A stretch of 63,402 nt of DNA, counting the filler, from Reticulomyxa filosa (lineage: Eukaryota; Protista; Foraminifera): NCBI GenBank assembly GCA_000512085.1. It is 19 parts of 19 records of this genome, joined end to end, with 100 filler letters (N's around TTAATTAATTAA, not from the genome) between each part and the next. Parts side by side here need not be neighbours in the genome. Positions count along the whole stretch, not along the records: positions 51,602 to 56,164 come from ASPP01001718.1; positions 56,265 to 59,229 come from ASPP01017035.1; positions 59,330 to 60,814 come from ASPP01016074.1; positions 60,915 to 62,266 come from ASPP01020631.1; positions 62,367 to 63,402 come from ASPP01003617.1; 14 more parts are not named here. One strand, written 5' to 3'. The first letter of the stretch is position 1. Every line of letters starts with the position of its first letter. Below the pieces are notes generated by a model. That model was not told where the DNA came from, made no database searches, and worked only from the letters and a program-made list of their open reading frames with translations. Below, piece after piece: positions 51,602-63,402 of the stretch. Both the position numbers and the translations under genes were made by a program.

Positions 51602-52997
51602 TTCTTTAATAAACGAACGCGATGAGCAACAGCAGTATTATCAAATACTATTGCGCTATGTGCTCTCATATCATCAAATGTTTCTGTATTGTAAATTTGT
51701 TGTGAATTTAAAACATAATTGTCCATATAGCATCTTTGTGGATGCACCAAAGGCCGGAATTTCATATTTCCACCACTCAATGCATCATCCCATTCCCAAT
51801 AATACAAACCCACATATCGAATATTTTCCGTTAATCCTTCGACATGCCAATGTCCTGCATATCCTTTTTAATTGATCGACCCAAATACAATACAATTGTG
51901 GCAAATAAATAAATAAATGAATGAATAAATGAATGAATAAATGAATAAGTAAGTATATAATCAATGAAAAGAAAACGAACCAGTATTTGGTTGAATGCCA
52001 TATCTTTGTGATTTGACAACACACTGGAATTCATCGCTCTCACGGTTTGCAAAATCATTAAACTTCTGAAATAAAGGCAACATGTAAGTTAATACCTGCT
52101 CGATGCATTCATACAGCTGTGGAAATTTTTTTTTTGGGTACAATAATGAATGCACATTCGTCAAACACTTGACATGACTCTTCTCAGTGTTCCGGCCATA
52201 TTCCCGGAATATAGCTGGAATCCATTGATAAGTGCCCCGGATAAACATATTTTTCTTGTCATTGTCTTGCAATATTTGTAATCGTTTCTCGTTTCCATAT
52301 CCCTTTTTGCTAAGTTTATCTTCCAGTATTTTCACATACATATTTCGATCCAGGCGATACGCAAACAAATCGGGATCAATTACATTTTGAATTGGTTCAT
52401 GTTTACGGTGGTCATTCATGTCAGCAGCTTGAAGGAAAAAAAGAAATGTATCAACAAATAAACATTAAATAAAATTCTAAAGGGTATTTATATATGTATA
52501 AAATGCAAGTGGAACGAACTTTACCTAATTGTCGCAAACAAGTTGTCAAAGTGGAATGGCAGCTTTGGGGTATGTATAAGTTATTGCATGCATAAATAGG
52601 AAAAACTAAGTCTGTTATACCACCATCTCCATAATGAATTGTATAATCTCCTTGCAAACGATAAATATGTGGTAATGTATGTGGGATATCACTGTGAGTC
52701 CGATTCTTCTTTTTCTGTCATTTTACGCATTCCTACGCAATATTGCGTTTCTTGCAACTGTTGATTGCATGGTATCCGACGTTGACAAAAATCGGTCCCA
52801 TTGCTCGTGTTCTCCTTTGTTACTAGTGTATAATAACATTGTCCTGCGCTCCACGTGATTTCTACAACACGTCCGTAAAACACTTGTGGCCGTTTGTTTA
52901 GTGACCATGTTAATACCAGTAAGCTCCTCTCTTCAAAATCAATGCGCCACTTTTGCTGGTCTGAATCTTTGTTTTTTTCAGCTTTCGCTCTGGGCAT
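51602..52997 (-). CDS. DUF4246-like protein (putative 2OG-Fe(II)-type fold), multi-exon, partial
   Basis: YQWIP, LYECIEQV and QCVVK. The spliced exon reads GHWHVEGLTENIRYVGLYY, later IVFDN..HRV. Confidence 0.78.
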
Positions 52998-53568
52998 TGC
53001 AATTCTTATGTAAGCAATACAAATATTTTTGTCCCCCCAAAACAAGAGTCCTTCACTTTTGCAAGAAGAAAATTTAATATTATTACCAGTAAAATTAGAA
53101 CTAGAAGGATTGTTATTATTTAGAAATTTTGCATTATAAATCAAGCAAATGCCGAATTACGTTGTTAAAATAAATTTTTTATTCATTTTAATCAAAAATA
53201 TTTCTTTCATAACGTCTTGATATAAAAATGCATAAACCTTTTTAATCCCTTTCTTAATATCCAAAGTAAAATGGAAATAGTCCCTTTTTATGGGCAGAAA
53301 AATTAAAATTTAGAAAAAACAGCCTCAAAAACAACGATCCAGCAAAAACACTATGTTTTTGCCTTAAACAACGATGTGAAAAGAAATGTCTGAAGGAGAC
53401 CTCCTTCAAACGTGACTACTCTTTGTACTGAAAATTTCGTGCTGAGCACGTAAAAAAAAAAAGAAAAAAAAGAAAAGAAAAATGAAAGAGAAAGAATGAA
53501 AGAAAAAAAAATTCCAACCAAAATTTTAAAAGATTTTTGTTTGTCGCTGTTATTTTTCCATAATAACG

Positions 53569-55093
53569 TTAATTGATATCCTCATTTTCCATTGGAATGT
53601 TTACTAAGCAAACTGGAACGAGATTTGTGCAACAAACATGAATTGGAAGATTCAACAATACACTGGGCTCACACATCATCAGAGATGACCATACGACAAT
53701 AACATGAGCATGTTTTTGGTGTTCATGTTGTAAATGATCACAAATGTTCATTGTCCTAGAGGTGATGCCCTCTATCAAGAGTGGAGTATTGGTGAACATC
53801 AAAGGATAAGGTGTTGATGACATTCTCAGTAATAGCCAATTCCATAGATTGTTTAAACGTTCACATGTTGAGTTGGTTGACTCGTTCAATTGAGCGACCT
53901 TGTCATCACTTCCTTGACCAGCATCGTCCAAAATTGTTTGTTCCTAACAATTTTATTTATTTATTTGCTTTCCTTTTAAACTTTGTTTGCAATGTGGGGA
54001 AAAAAAAAGGAAATAATGCCGAACTCCCAAATAAGTTTGTAGTATGTGCAATTCGTTACTCCAATAGGCTTGAACAAATTCATAGGACAACATAAGAACA
54101 CTAAATGAAGCACAATAAGCAAATCGGGACAGGAACAATTGTTTGTATTTGGCCATGAACACTTCCTCTCGTTTGTAAGGGGCAGTTTTCCTGAAGAAAC
54201 TCCACCGATTGTTATTGCAAGTTACTTTATGTTGTGGCTCACTGTTCGTTGTGAGCATAGTATTCATGGTTGTAACAGGCGAGGGAACTTCATATTTTAC
54301 AAGGTGAACCTCAGTTGACAGCAATTCATCGGATCTAAGGAGTACAATCAATCTCAAATGTTGTTCATTTGAGGAAAGACTTTTATTTTTAAGGTTTGCA
54401 CGTAATTTTTAACTGCTTAGTTTCTTTTAAGTCCTTATCAGTAACTGGAGTATCTTCACCTATATTTAAACCATCATTCGTGAAGGACAGTTGTAGTTCA
54501 ATGTTGACACTTTCTCCTTCATTTACTTGCAGCTCCCTATTTCACGCCAATGTGTACATTAAATGCACTTCTGCTTAGTTTTGTTTTATTTCAGACAGGT
54601 TGCCCGTAAAATAAATAAATAAGTATCATCAAAAAAAAAAAAATGCAATTTTTAGATGTCCAAACTCCTGCAATTTGGCAGAATGCAATTTGACTTTTTC
54701 CAATTCATCGGTAAGGGTATTTTTCAGTGTTGTCATGTGACAAATTTCGTTTTGGAATTTTGAATTGTCTGCGACCAATTGACAACACTCTCTATAATTG
54801 CAAACACACCCAGTGCAAATTAGACTTTGAAATGTAGGGTTCACATAGCTGCTTTGTCTTAACTGATGTTCATTGGCCAAATCTTGTTTGGCTTGCACCA
54901 ATTCATTTTGGCACGCCTCGAGTTTGGTCAAAGTCTCTTCCAAGTTTCTTTTTGTTATATTTTAATTGTGTTTAGTTGCTGTCATTCTGGTCGTCCTACC
55001 TTCAACACTCAACTGTTTAGTTTCTTGCAATTTCTGCTGCAATTCCCGTGTATTCTTTTCCGATTTGTTCAACAAAGTTTGCAACTCTGACAT
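53569..55093 (-). CDS. Multi-exon hypothetical coiled-coil protein
   Basis: Minus-strand ORFs 54629-55093, 53953-54590 and 53569-53943 with intervening intron-like tracts. Confidence 0.5.
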
Positions 55094-55530
55094 TTGGCGT
55101 TTTTTTTTTTAGATAAAGTGAATATTTGGACTTATCTAACAAAACCGCATTTTGTGTGGCAGGCCTTCTCTCAAAAAAAAGCTCATTATTTTTATTTGCG
55201 GAGTTAGCGTTTTTTGGAATACTGTTGGAAAAAAACGTATAAAAGTTAACTTTGTATCATTTTGTTTGATCTTGAAAAAATTGAACGAGATCCGATCGAC
55301 AAACGACATTGACAACATAGAAAAAAAACAAACAAGTGTAATAAAGAAATCAGATGTGAACTCAAGTCAAAAGAGGACGAAACCGAATTCAGCAAATTGG
55401 CCAAATTTTGGGATACGATCTGTGGAACAAAAAAAAAAAAATCATTAAAAAAAAAACTTAACAAAAAAAAAACACAGCCAACATACGGTTAATTTATTAG
55501 TTTCACAGCAACTGCCATTATTCAACGAAG

Positions 55531-56105
55531 CTAAGATAGCGTTATGTTTGACGCACAAGGAATTAATGGTGGAATATTCCACGTTGGTTTCGTCTTCCTC
55601 AGTGCTGTCGCGACTGTAGGCAACCAATTGGTTTCGAACCAACTGTTTTTGTTTGTTTTTGAATTTTGCAAAAGTAATCTGACGATATGTGTGGAGTAAT
55701 TAGAATAGTGGGGAGGAAGGAAGGGAGAGGATTCATTTGACAAAACTGCTTGCGAGTTCAGCAACTGCACACAGCAATTGATGAGCAGTTCAAAATCGGC
55801 CTGAGATTTTTTCATGCTCTGTGCCAACAGTATACCCAATCGACAAAACAATAATAATAAAAAGCAAAACAACAACAAAAAGAGATGCAAACAAGCAAAA
55901 CAAAACTTGAACAGGAAGAGCATCGACATTATTGGTCAGCAAGAGATAATCACCATTTGCGTTTTGGCCAATCAATTTATTAGCTTCTTGTACTCCATTT
56001 ACCAAAGGGGCCTTTTCGACAACTAGAACCACATCTGTCGCCTTACCATTAACGAGACGCCATCGCAACTGTCCACATTGGTCAAACACAAACATCAAGT
56101 TGCGT
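55531..56105 (-). CDS. Hypothetical protein, 3' exons
   Basis: Two ORFs separated by a T-rich intron at ~55840-55905. Confidence 0.4.
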
Positions 56106-56264
56106 GTCTAAAATTTCTCACTTTGTGTGATCGTAATTGTGATTGCAAACATTTTACAAAACTCNNNNNNNNNNNNNNNNNNNNNNNNNNNNNNNNNNNN
56201 NNNNNNNNTTAATTAATTAANNNNNNNNNNNNNNNNNNNNNNNNNNNNNNNNNNNNNNNNNNNN

Positions 56265-56640
56265 AAAAAAAAAAATATCTAATTTTTTTTTTTTAAAACG
56301 TTAAAATTGGAACTTTTAGACTTGGGATTTTCAATGGTGAAATCATCATTATCGCCACCATTGCCTGCTTCGCCATTTATTAATGAGTTCTCGCTCCCAC
56401 TGTCTTGATCATTATTTTGTATTGCTTGGGCTTTTGGATTGACTTTTTACCACTGTTTGCTACTAGAATTTGACCACTGAACTCTTCTTCCTCTTCCTCC
56501 TCTCCACTATCTTCCAATTGCGATCGCTGCTTTCGTCGAGACCGTTCGTTATCTTTTGGCTTTGCATGTACATTGACAGCAAAACACATTTACCAGTTTT
56601 TTTGTTTTGTTTTGACACAAATTTAAGGTCCGAAATAAGT
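56265..56640 (-). CDS. Hypothetical acidic/basic protein, 5' part
   Basis: Short ORF with a poly-Glu stretch, running into the contig end. Confidence 0.3.
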
Positions 56641-57570
56641 TGTCAAATGCCTTTGGGAACAAAAAAAAAATGCCAAAACTTCTGCAATAGCATTGGATTT
56701 GTTATTCTTTTTACCTTTGCTACCTATAACATAGACAAAAGAGAAACACGTGGCACATTTTTTTGGTTTATTGCACAGTGACAGAGTTTGTTCATTTTGG
56801 CTTCTGGTTTAGTCTCTTCACCTTCATTATTTGCTACAGCTGCCTATATATTTTTTAGTTTTAGTTATACCAATAGGTTCAGGAAAGTTCGCAGAACCAG
56901 TGTTTATATAAAGATTTACCATAATTACAAATCTTTTGTTGGATTATTCGAAAAATGATTAAAAAGTTCTATTCCAATATCACTGTTCAAGGTTAATATC
57001 AATATTGCCGGGAAAGGTTGAGAAAGGGATCATCATTGAATTTTAAAGGGAAAACCGGAATTTTTTTATGTGGTTTATTAAAAAAATAAAACAGACTTTA
57101 CAAAAATACAAGGTAAGGATACACTTTCATCTAAAGCCATGTCATTGTTTAATTGCTGAAAATTTTTCCAACAGAAATTTAATGACAATTTATTGATAAG
57201 AATAAAACACTTGCATTAACATAAAAAACGAACATTAATGCAATTGAGATCTTGGTTTTGCACGTTTATGCTTTTAGAAAAATTGTTTTAGTTTTGAATT
57301 TAAAATTTGCTGTTACAACATGGACAGTCACAAGAAAAAATTCTAATCTTACATGATTGTATTTTATTTTGGAAGATATATTTGTTTTTGATAGCAGATA
57401 AAATACCTGTTTCTGTTTCGAACTGCAAAAACACAACATTTTCGAAAAGCGGAATTGCTGAACGAGAGTAAAAATTAAAAAAAGGGGAGAAACAAAACGG
57501 AAGTGCTGTGATCAAAGGCGCGTGGTTTAAAAAAGGTTAAATTAGGACTCGTTTTGATTTGAAAGGAGAG

Positions 57571-59229
57571 ATGACAAGTAAAAAAGAAGCATCGGAAAGA
57601 AAGGTGATAGACGGTGTAGTGTTGGAGAGTGGAAAGGAGGACATTCAGCCGTATGAGCGAAGTAGTTGTAAAAGAGGCGAAGGAATAGCAAGAAGATTGG
57701 AAGGAGATAGAAGTGGAAAAAAGAAAGGAAAAGAAGAGGAAGAAAGTGTGAGAAAGAAAAAAATGAAAAAAGAAAGAGAAGAATGGGAAAAATATGTAGA
57801 AGGAAAAGGAGAAGAAGATTTAAAAGAAAAGAATAATGAAGAAAAAGAAATAGAATTGGAAAGATGGATAAAATATATGAATTGGATTAAAGTGAATTAT
57901 CCAACAATGGATAATGCAGAATCAAAATTAAATCAAGTATTAGAAAGATGTTGTAAAAAATATCAAGAAAAAGAAAAATATAGAAATAATAAAAAATATA
58001 TTAAAATATGGTTGGAATATATAAATACCTGTCAAGATAAATTGGAAATATTTAATTGGTTGAGACAAATGAAGATTGGTGAACGTTTGCCTTTATTTTG
58101 GAGAGCATGGGCAACTGTTGCAGAAAAAGAAATGAAATTTACATTATCTGAACAAATTTTGAGAGAAGCAATGAAGCAACATTTTTTAAAGCAAGATCAA
58201 GATTTACAAGATATTCAAAAGGCATATCAACAATTTTGTATTCGAGTATCTAAAAGAATGCGTCGACATCAAGATATTGATAATAACAATAATAATAATA
58301 ATAATAATATTGCAAATCGAAAAGTATTGGGATATGTTGATAGTATTGAAGGACAATGTGGTTATCGTTTGAATCATTTGGTTGATAACAATAATCTTCT
58401 TAATCGTACATCCAATATTCCCAATATATCCTCGCATTCAAAACAATTCTTTGATATTTATGAAGAAGAACATAAAGTAAGTAATTTGCCTCCAATCAAT
58501 AAAAATACAACCACGCAATTAGGAAGTCGATTAAATCGACAAAAAGAAAATACTGGAATTGCACAAATGTGGAGCACTCATGAACCTTTAGTTCAACAAC
58601 AAAATGCAATCATTCCTTCTACTTTACTCAAAATAGACAAAGACAAAGACTTTTATCTCTTCAACATTTTCAAACTGATCATACTTCATTTCATTCTACT
58701 CAATCTCAATCTCAATCTCAATCTCAATCTCAATCAAATGAAAATGAAAATATAAATCATTTTGCAATATATGTTGAAGAAGAAGAAGAAGAAGAAGAAG
58801 AAAAAAAAAATATTAATAATAACAATATAAAACAATCAATGGGTAAAATTCGTATGGAAGGTGAAGAAATCATTCAAACTTTTTATAATACCGAATTATT
58901 TGAATCTGATCAACATTTATCATTTGAAGAATTGAGATATTTACATTATTGTAAATATGTAGATATGAATATAAACGCGGATGAAACGGATGAAATGGCT
59001 ATTACAACTGCTGTTGGTAAAATTGTAACAGTTAATGGTGTAGATATTTTACCAACTATTGATGAAGTACAAGAAAAGGATTTTACTCCATTTACTAACG
59101 ATTCCATTATTCATAATACTAATAAAAATCAACAACGTTCTAGTTCCAAATTATTTTCAAGTATTCGAACACCATCTGTATTAGAATCACCACAAATACC
59201 AATATTTAATGATAATAACAATGATAATG
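57571..59229 (+). CDS. BUB1: Spindle checkpoint protein Mad3/Bub1 (MadBub), N-terminal part
   Basis: KEDIQP, TPR domain (LERWIKYMNW, YIKIWLEY, IGERLPLFWRAWA), ABBA FDIYEE, KEN, ABBA FAIYVE and GLEBS SFEELR. One-base shift near 58623. Confidence 0.88.
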
Positions 59230-59329
59230 NNNNNNNNNNNNNNNNNNNNNNNNNNNNNNNNNNNNNNNNNNNNTTAATTAATTAANNNNNNNNNNNNNNN
59301 NNNNNNNNNNNNNNNNNNNNNNNNNNNNN

Positions 59330-59743
59330 TTCACTATCCCCTTCTTCTTCCATTTTTTCTGTTTCTTTGTTCTTAGTGTTCTCAGTATCTCCTTTTCTTT
59401 CTTTTTCTACTCTCCAAATATTTTCTAATTCTATTGTTTTTTGCTTGCTGTAAATCAATGAATAATCCATTGTGTTTGGCCATTTTTCATTTTCTTCACG
59501 TATTTTATGATCAGAATCTTCTTTTTCTTCTTGTTTGTTTGATATTTTATCTTTTCTTTCTTGAAACTGCTGTCGGGTTAAAAGGACCAATCGAACGTAA
59601 CAAGTGCCAATTGACTGTGGAGGGTCATCAAATAATGGAACTAGTTTATCTTGAGAGTTGTAATACTTTTTCAATTTTTGTTTTGTCATCTTGGCTGTTT
59701 TTCCAAGAAGACAATTCTTGTCCATTCTATTCAGGGGAAGCAA
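59330..59743 (-). CDS. Probable pre-NACHT N-terminus of a STAND NTPase, partial
   Basis: LKKYYNSQDKLVPLFDD..IGTCYVRLVLL..IELENIW resembles the segment preceding NACHT P-loops. The P-loop itself is not in the contig. Confidence 0.5.
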
Positions 59744-60202
59744 AAACTCTTTTCCTTGAATTTTAGAGTTGTTTTTTTTTTTTGAAAAACTAAAATAACG
59801 TTCACTGTCGTGGAAAGAAAAGGATTCACAATATCATAAATAATGATGAGAAATTTGATTAGATTTTTGTTGAAAAAAATATCATTATACAAAAAGGTCA
59901 ATAAACTCAGAAAGTAATTCTCAATTTATCAGTTTAGGCAAAACATTATTTAAAACTGGACATATTTCTTTGGTGTCGTGAGATTGTTTACATTTGAAAT
60001 AAAAATGGAATAAATCTAATGGACGATGTTTATTGTTGTTCAGTGTCATAAATATTGTTTTTAATAATCAGTAAAATGCTTGTTTCACAATTTTTTTCTT
60101 TATAAGCTCAGTTTACGAAGTTTTCCAAAAAAGAAACACGTAACCACAAAACAAGAACGTCGGCGTTAAGTTAATCCCTTTTATAAAACTCTCCTAACAC
60201 TA

Positions 60203-60740
60203 ATGTCGGGAAAGCGTCTGATAGGGATACTATTACTGATAGCCCCATTTGTGTATGGGCTTCTATTTGTAAATATATCCTCGTCGAGAGGCTTACTTTC
60301 CGCAACGTTGCCGACACCAGAACAGCCAAAATTTATAAATAGCACAAGTGTAAAACAAATGAATGCCGCATTGCCGGTCGACACAAAAGCGGACAACGCA
60401 ACAAAGATAAAAAACGTATCAAATAGTGCAAAAAGAAAAAACGAGGCATTTGAAAAAATACTTGAAAAGGGAGACTTTGTAAGTAGTTTATACGACATGA
60501 ACCGGTTGTTTCCAGAGAATGGGACAAGTGACGTGTCGTATAAGATAAACAACAAATTACTGCGAAGAGGCAAAATTCCATATTTATACGATCCACCCCC
60601 TCCGTTATCATTGCCACTTTCCTACAGCTGGACTATGCCCCCAGCGAGCAACTTTAACACCAAGTCTCGGAAATATAGCTTCCCTGTCATCGATTACCCC
60701 ATCCTTCCATTTTTTCTCCAATCAAAACGACCACGAGTTT
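60203..60740 (+). CDS. Signal-anchored (type II) protein, 5' exon
   Basis: N-terminal TM helix, stem region with N-glycosylation sequons, then a poly-T intron. Confidence 0.55.
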
Positions 60741-60760
60741 TTTTTTTGTTCCTTCACTAC

Positions 60761-60801
<41 letters not shown>

Positions 60802-60914
60802 CAAAAAAAAAAAANNNNNNNNNNNNNNNNNNNNNNNNNNNNNNNNNNNNNNNNNNNNTTAATTAATTAANNNNNNNNNNNNNNNNNNNNNNNNNNNNNN
60901 NNNNNNNNNNNNNN

Positions 60915-62266
60915 TTTTTTTTTTTTTTTTTTTGTAAAAAAAAAAAAAAAAAAAAAAACAACACACATACACACATATACAATAAAAACAAACCAGGCCT
61001 CAATTCCAAATCGCGCACAGCAATTCTGAGAATAGCGGCGAAATTGGACAGAATTTGCAACGACGTGTGAGCAGAGAACTGCGTGGTGACGACAAGGGCG
61101 CGAGGATGGAGCATGAGATCCAAAGTAATATGATCAAAGTGGAGCGAGAATTGGAAGAGGACGACAGGACGCAGAGCCGTAGGGTCATAAAATGCACGCA
61201 TGGATTGCGTGACATGCGCCTGCGCAAGCAGTTGCGTTCTTTCTTCCATCGTCAATTGATAGTCACTTGCGAACTCGTCGCCGTCACCGTCTCCACCGCC
61301 GCCGCCGCCGCCGCCGTCTTCGATCAAATATGACTGCGCTAGCGTTAGCCATCTCGTCAAATGCGATGACTCCTTCCTCTTCTCTTCCCTCGTTCGAGCC
61401 TTCTCCTCTTGCACACGCGCACGCTTTTTTAGCATTGCTTTCAATTCTGCCATTGCAAAACAACGAAAGATCAGAGTTTGATCAATTGTCATTCTTTTGC
61501 ATATTTATATATATATATACATATACATACAATATATACATATATACATATATATATATATATACATGTTATTAATAAAACTCATTTTTTAAAAATTACA
61601 AACATTTACACAACATTTTATACACATACTTGTCTTCCAATTGTTGCAATTCTTGACTTTCATCTTCGTCCAATTGTGGCATCCAAGTTTCATTTTCGGC
61701 GGGTCGCATCTTTCGTTGATACAGGTCGATGTAACGTCGCTTTTTTTGACGCAACGATCGACGGGCCTTGATAGGGGCCGACACGTGGTCTTTGGCTTTT
61801 GGAATCTGGTGTCGTGACTTGCGCTGCAAATTGATCACGCTTTGCGCGCTGTATCGCCACCACGCTTTCGCGTCCTCTTTCGGTCTTTGTTGTGGTCGCC
61901 ACGTTTTGCTCACCAACATCACCTGCTCCAACTGCGACAGTCTCATCGTGCAAATAGATAAACAAACAACAAGACATACCAATTGCGATCGAACCAATTT
62001 AGGTCGAATGTAATACAACATAGTCATACCTGTGTACGAGCAAACACATATTTCAATGCTTCCAGCCATGCTTGTATCGTATTCAACTGCGCTTTCGTAA
62101 CGACTAGGTTGAGACGGCTCATTGATATTATACATTCAGTTCTTGGCAGTCGCTGTTGTCTCATCGCTGTGTTGTCATTTGCGATTTTGTTTTCTTTCTT
62201 TTCATTCAAAAGTGGCTCAAATAACAATCCATTATTATTGTCATTATTATTATTATTATTATTATT
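60915..62266 (-). CDS. VPS13: VPS13 family lipid-transfer protein, N-terminal region fragment
   Basis: RP..KEDAKAWWRYS, RYIDLY, ELQQLE and IFRCFAMAEL match the VPS13 N-terminal region. Microsatellite introns. Confidence 0.85.
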
Positions 62267-63402
62267 NNNNNNNNNNNNNNNNNNNNNNNNNNNNNNNNNN
62301 NNNNNNNNNNTTAATTAATTAANNNNNNNNNNNNNNNNNNNNNNNNNNNNNNNNNNNNNNNNNNNNCCAAATAAAAAAAAAAAATTTGTAGTGTTTCACA
62401 CAGGAAGAAAAGTTGGAAATTATGTATCACTTATCATTGGTATTGTATATTTTTTTGCTGTTCTTTAAAAAATTATAAATATAAATTTGTTTGTTTGTGT
62501 ATAGATTCCAGTGCAGCAAGAACGTGGCAGAAAATATCTTTTTAAAGGGAGATTTGGGGGGGGGAAAAGGGGGGAAAATAATTACTAAGGGGGGGGGATA
62601 GAAAAAAGTAGATAAAAAAAGATATTAATAAAAAAAATGTAATTAAATAAGAAAAAAAAAGAAGATAAAAAAAAGAAAAAGGAAAAATAAAATAAAAAAA
62701 AAGAAAAAAGTACGTAAAAAAAATAAATTGAAAGAAAAAAAAAAAGAAAAAGAATAACAAAATATTATTTTAATTTTAAGTTTGAATGAAAGAGAAAAAG
62801 AAAGAATAAAGGAAGATTATTATATTAAGAGAATGGAAAAAGAAGCAAGAATGTATCAATAGCGTTGGTGGCCTAGAATTATCAAGAAACGCAAAGAAAC
62901 AATATAAATGAAAACGATCAATGCAATACATCAATGAAAAGTGTTGATTGCGCTTCACCGAGATTATGAATGATAATGGATATTTATGAAATGACAATAA
63001 ATTGTTATGGCTTGCAATCACACAATAACGCAATATTTTCAATCAATTTATCAACGTGGATTATTTGCTTAAATATCAGTCAATGCCTTTTAAATATATT
63101 TTTGAGTATGCTATATATGCATCAATATCGATATGACAAATGTGTATTGAAACACTTCCAAGAGCAATTAGTATGACCTTCGTCCCAAATCCGAAGAGCT
63201 GGAAAAAGAAATCGAAAAACCCATTTGCATATTTTTGTTGTCCTTGAATGAGGCCAGTGCAAGACCTTACCTGTCATTTTATTAACTGACGATTCTTTGT
63301 GTTCTTTCATGTTTGTGCACATTTTTTAGTGTCGCAAATATCTTATCTTATACACATATATAAATATATAATATATATTTTTGTTTGAAGAAAAAAATCA
63401 AT

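Noticed and set aside
62367-63402. Possible gene fragment in the last contig
   Set aside because: All frames are interrupted by stops and no family is recognisable.

Overview
This window is not a contiguous locus. It is 19 short, unrelated contigs joined by 18 artificial 100-bp spacers (N44-TTAATTAATTAA-N44), so adjacency across spacers means nothing. Most contigs come from an AT-rich, intron-containing protist; gene families and intron style suggest a foraminiferan such as Reticulomyxa (inference). Eukaryotic genes recognised: RNF213/mysterin-like AAA+ protein, EF-hand plus purple acid phosphatase, GGCT plus MAPR-type cytochrome b5 fusion, G-alpha, F-box/LRR-like, tropomodulin-like, TPR, TMEM184/OSTalpha, CCCH-RRM, CAP-Gly, a bacterial GlnA4-type gamma-glutamyl ligase with 5 introns, MFS transporter, CK2 beta, DUF4246-like, MadBub, a probable NACHT N-terminus and VPS13. 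There are also decayed Tc1, CRE-like and LINE elements. Two GC-rich contigs are bacterial (tRNA-Leu/yccA/rmuC-like, and an IS3 element). A Roche 454 paired-end linker is embedded at 41.8-41.9 kb. I found no convincing multi-gene novel system. The best leads are the intronated GlnA4-type gene, the GGCT-MAPR fusion, introns with T-rich 5' ends and A-rich 3' ends, and six genes that each lack one base (probably 454 errors, but testable as recoding).
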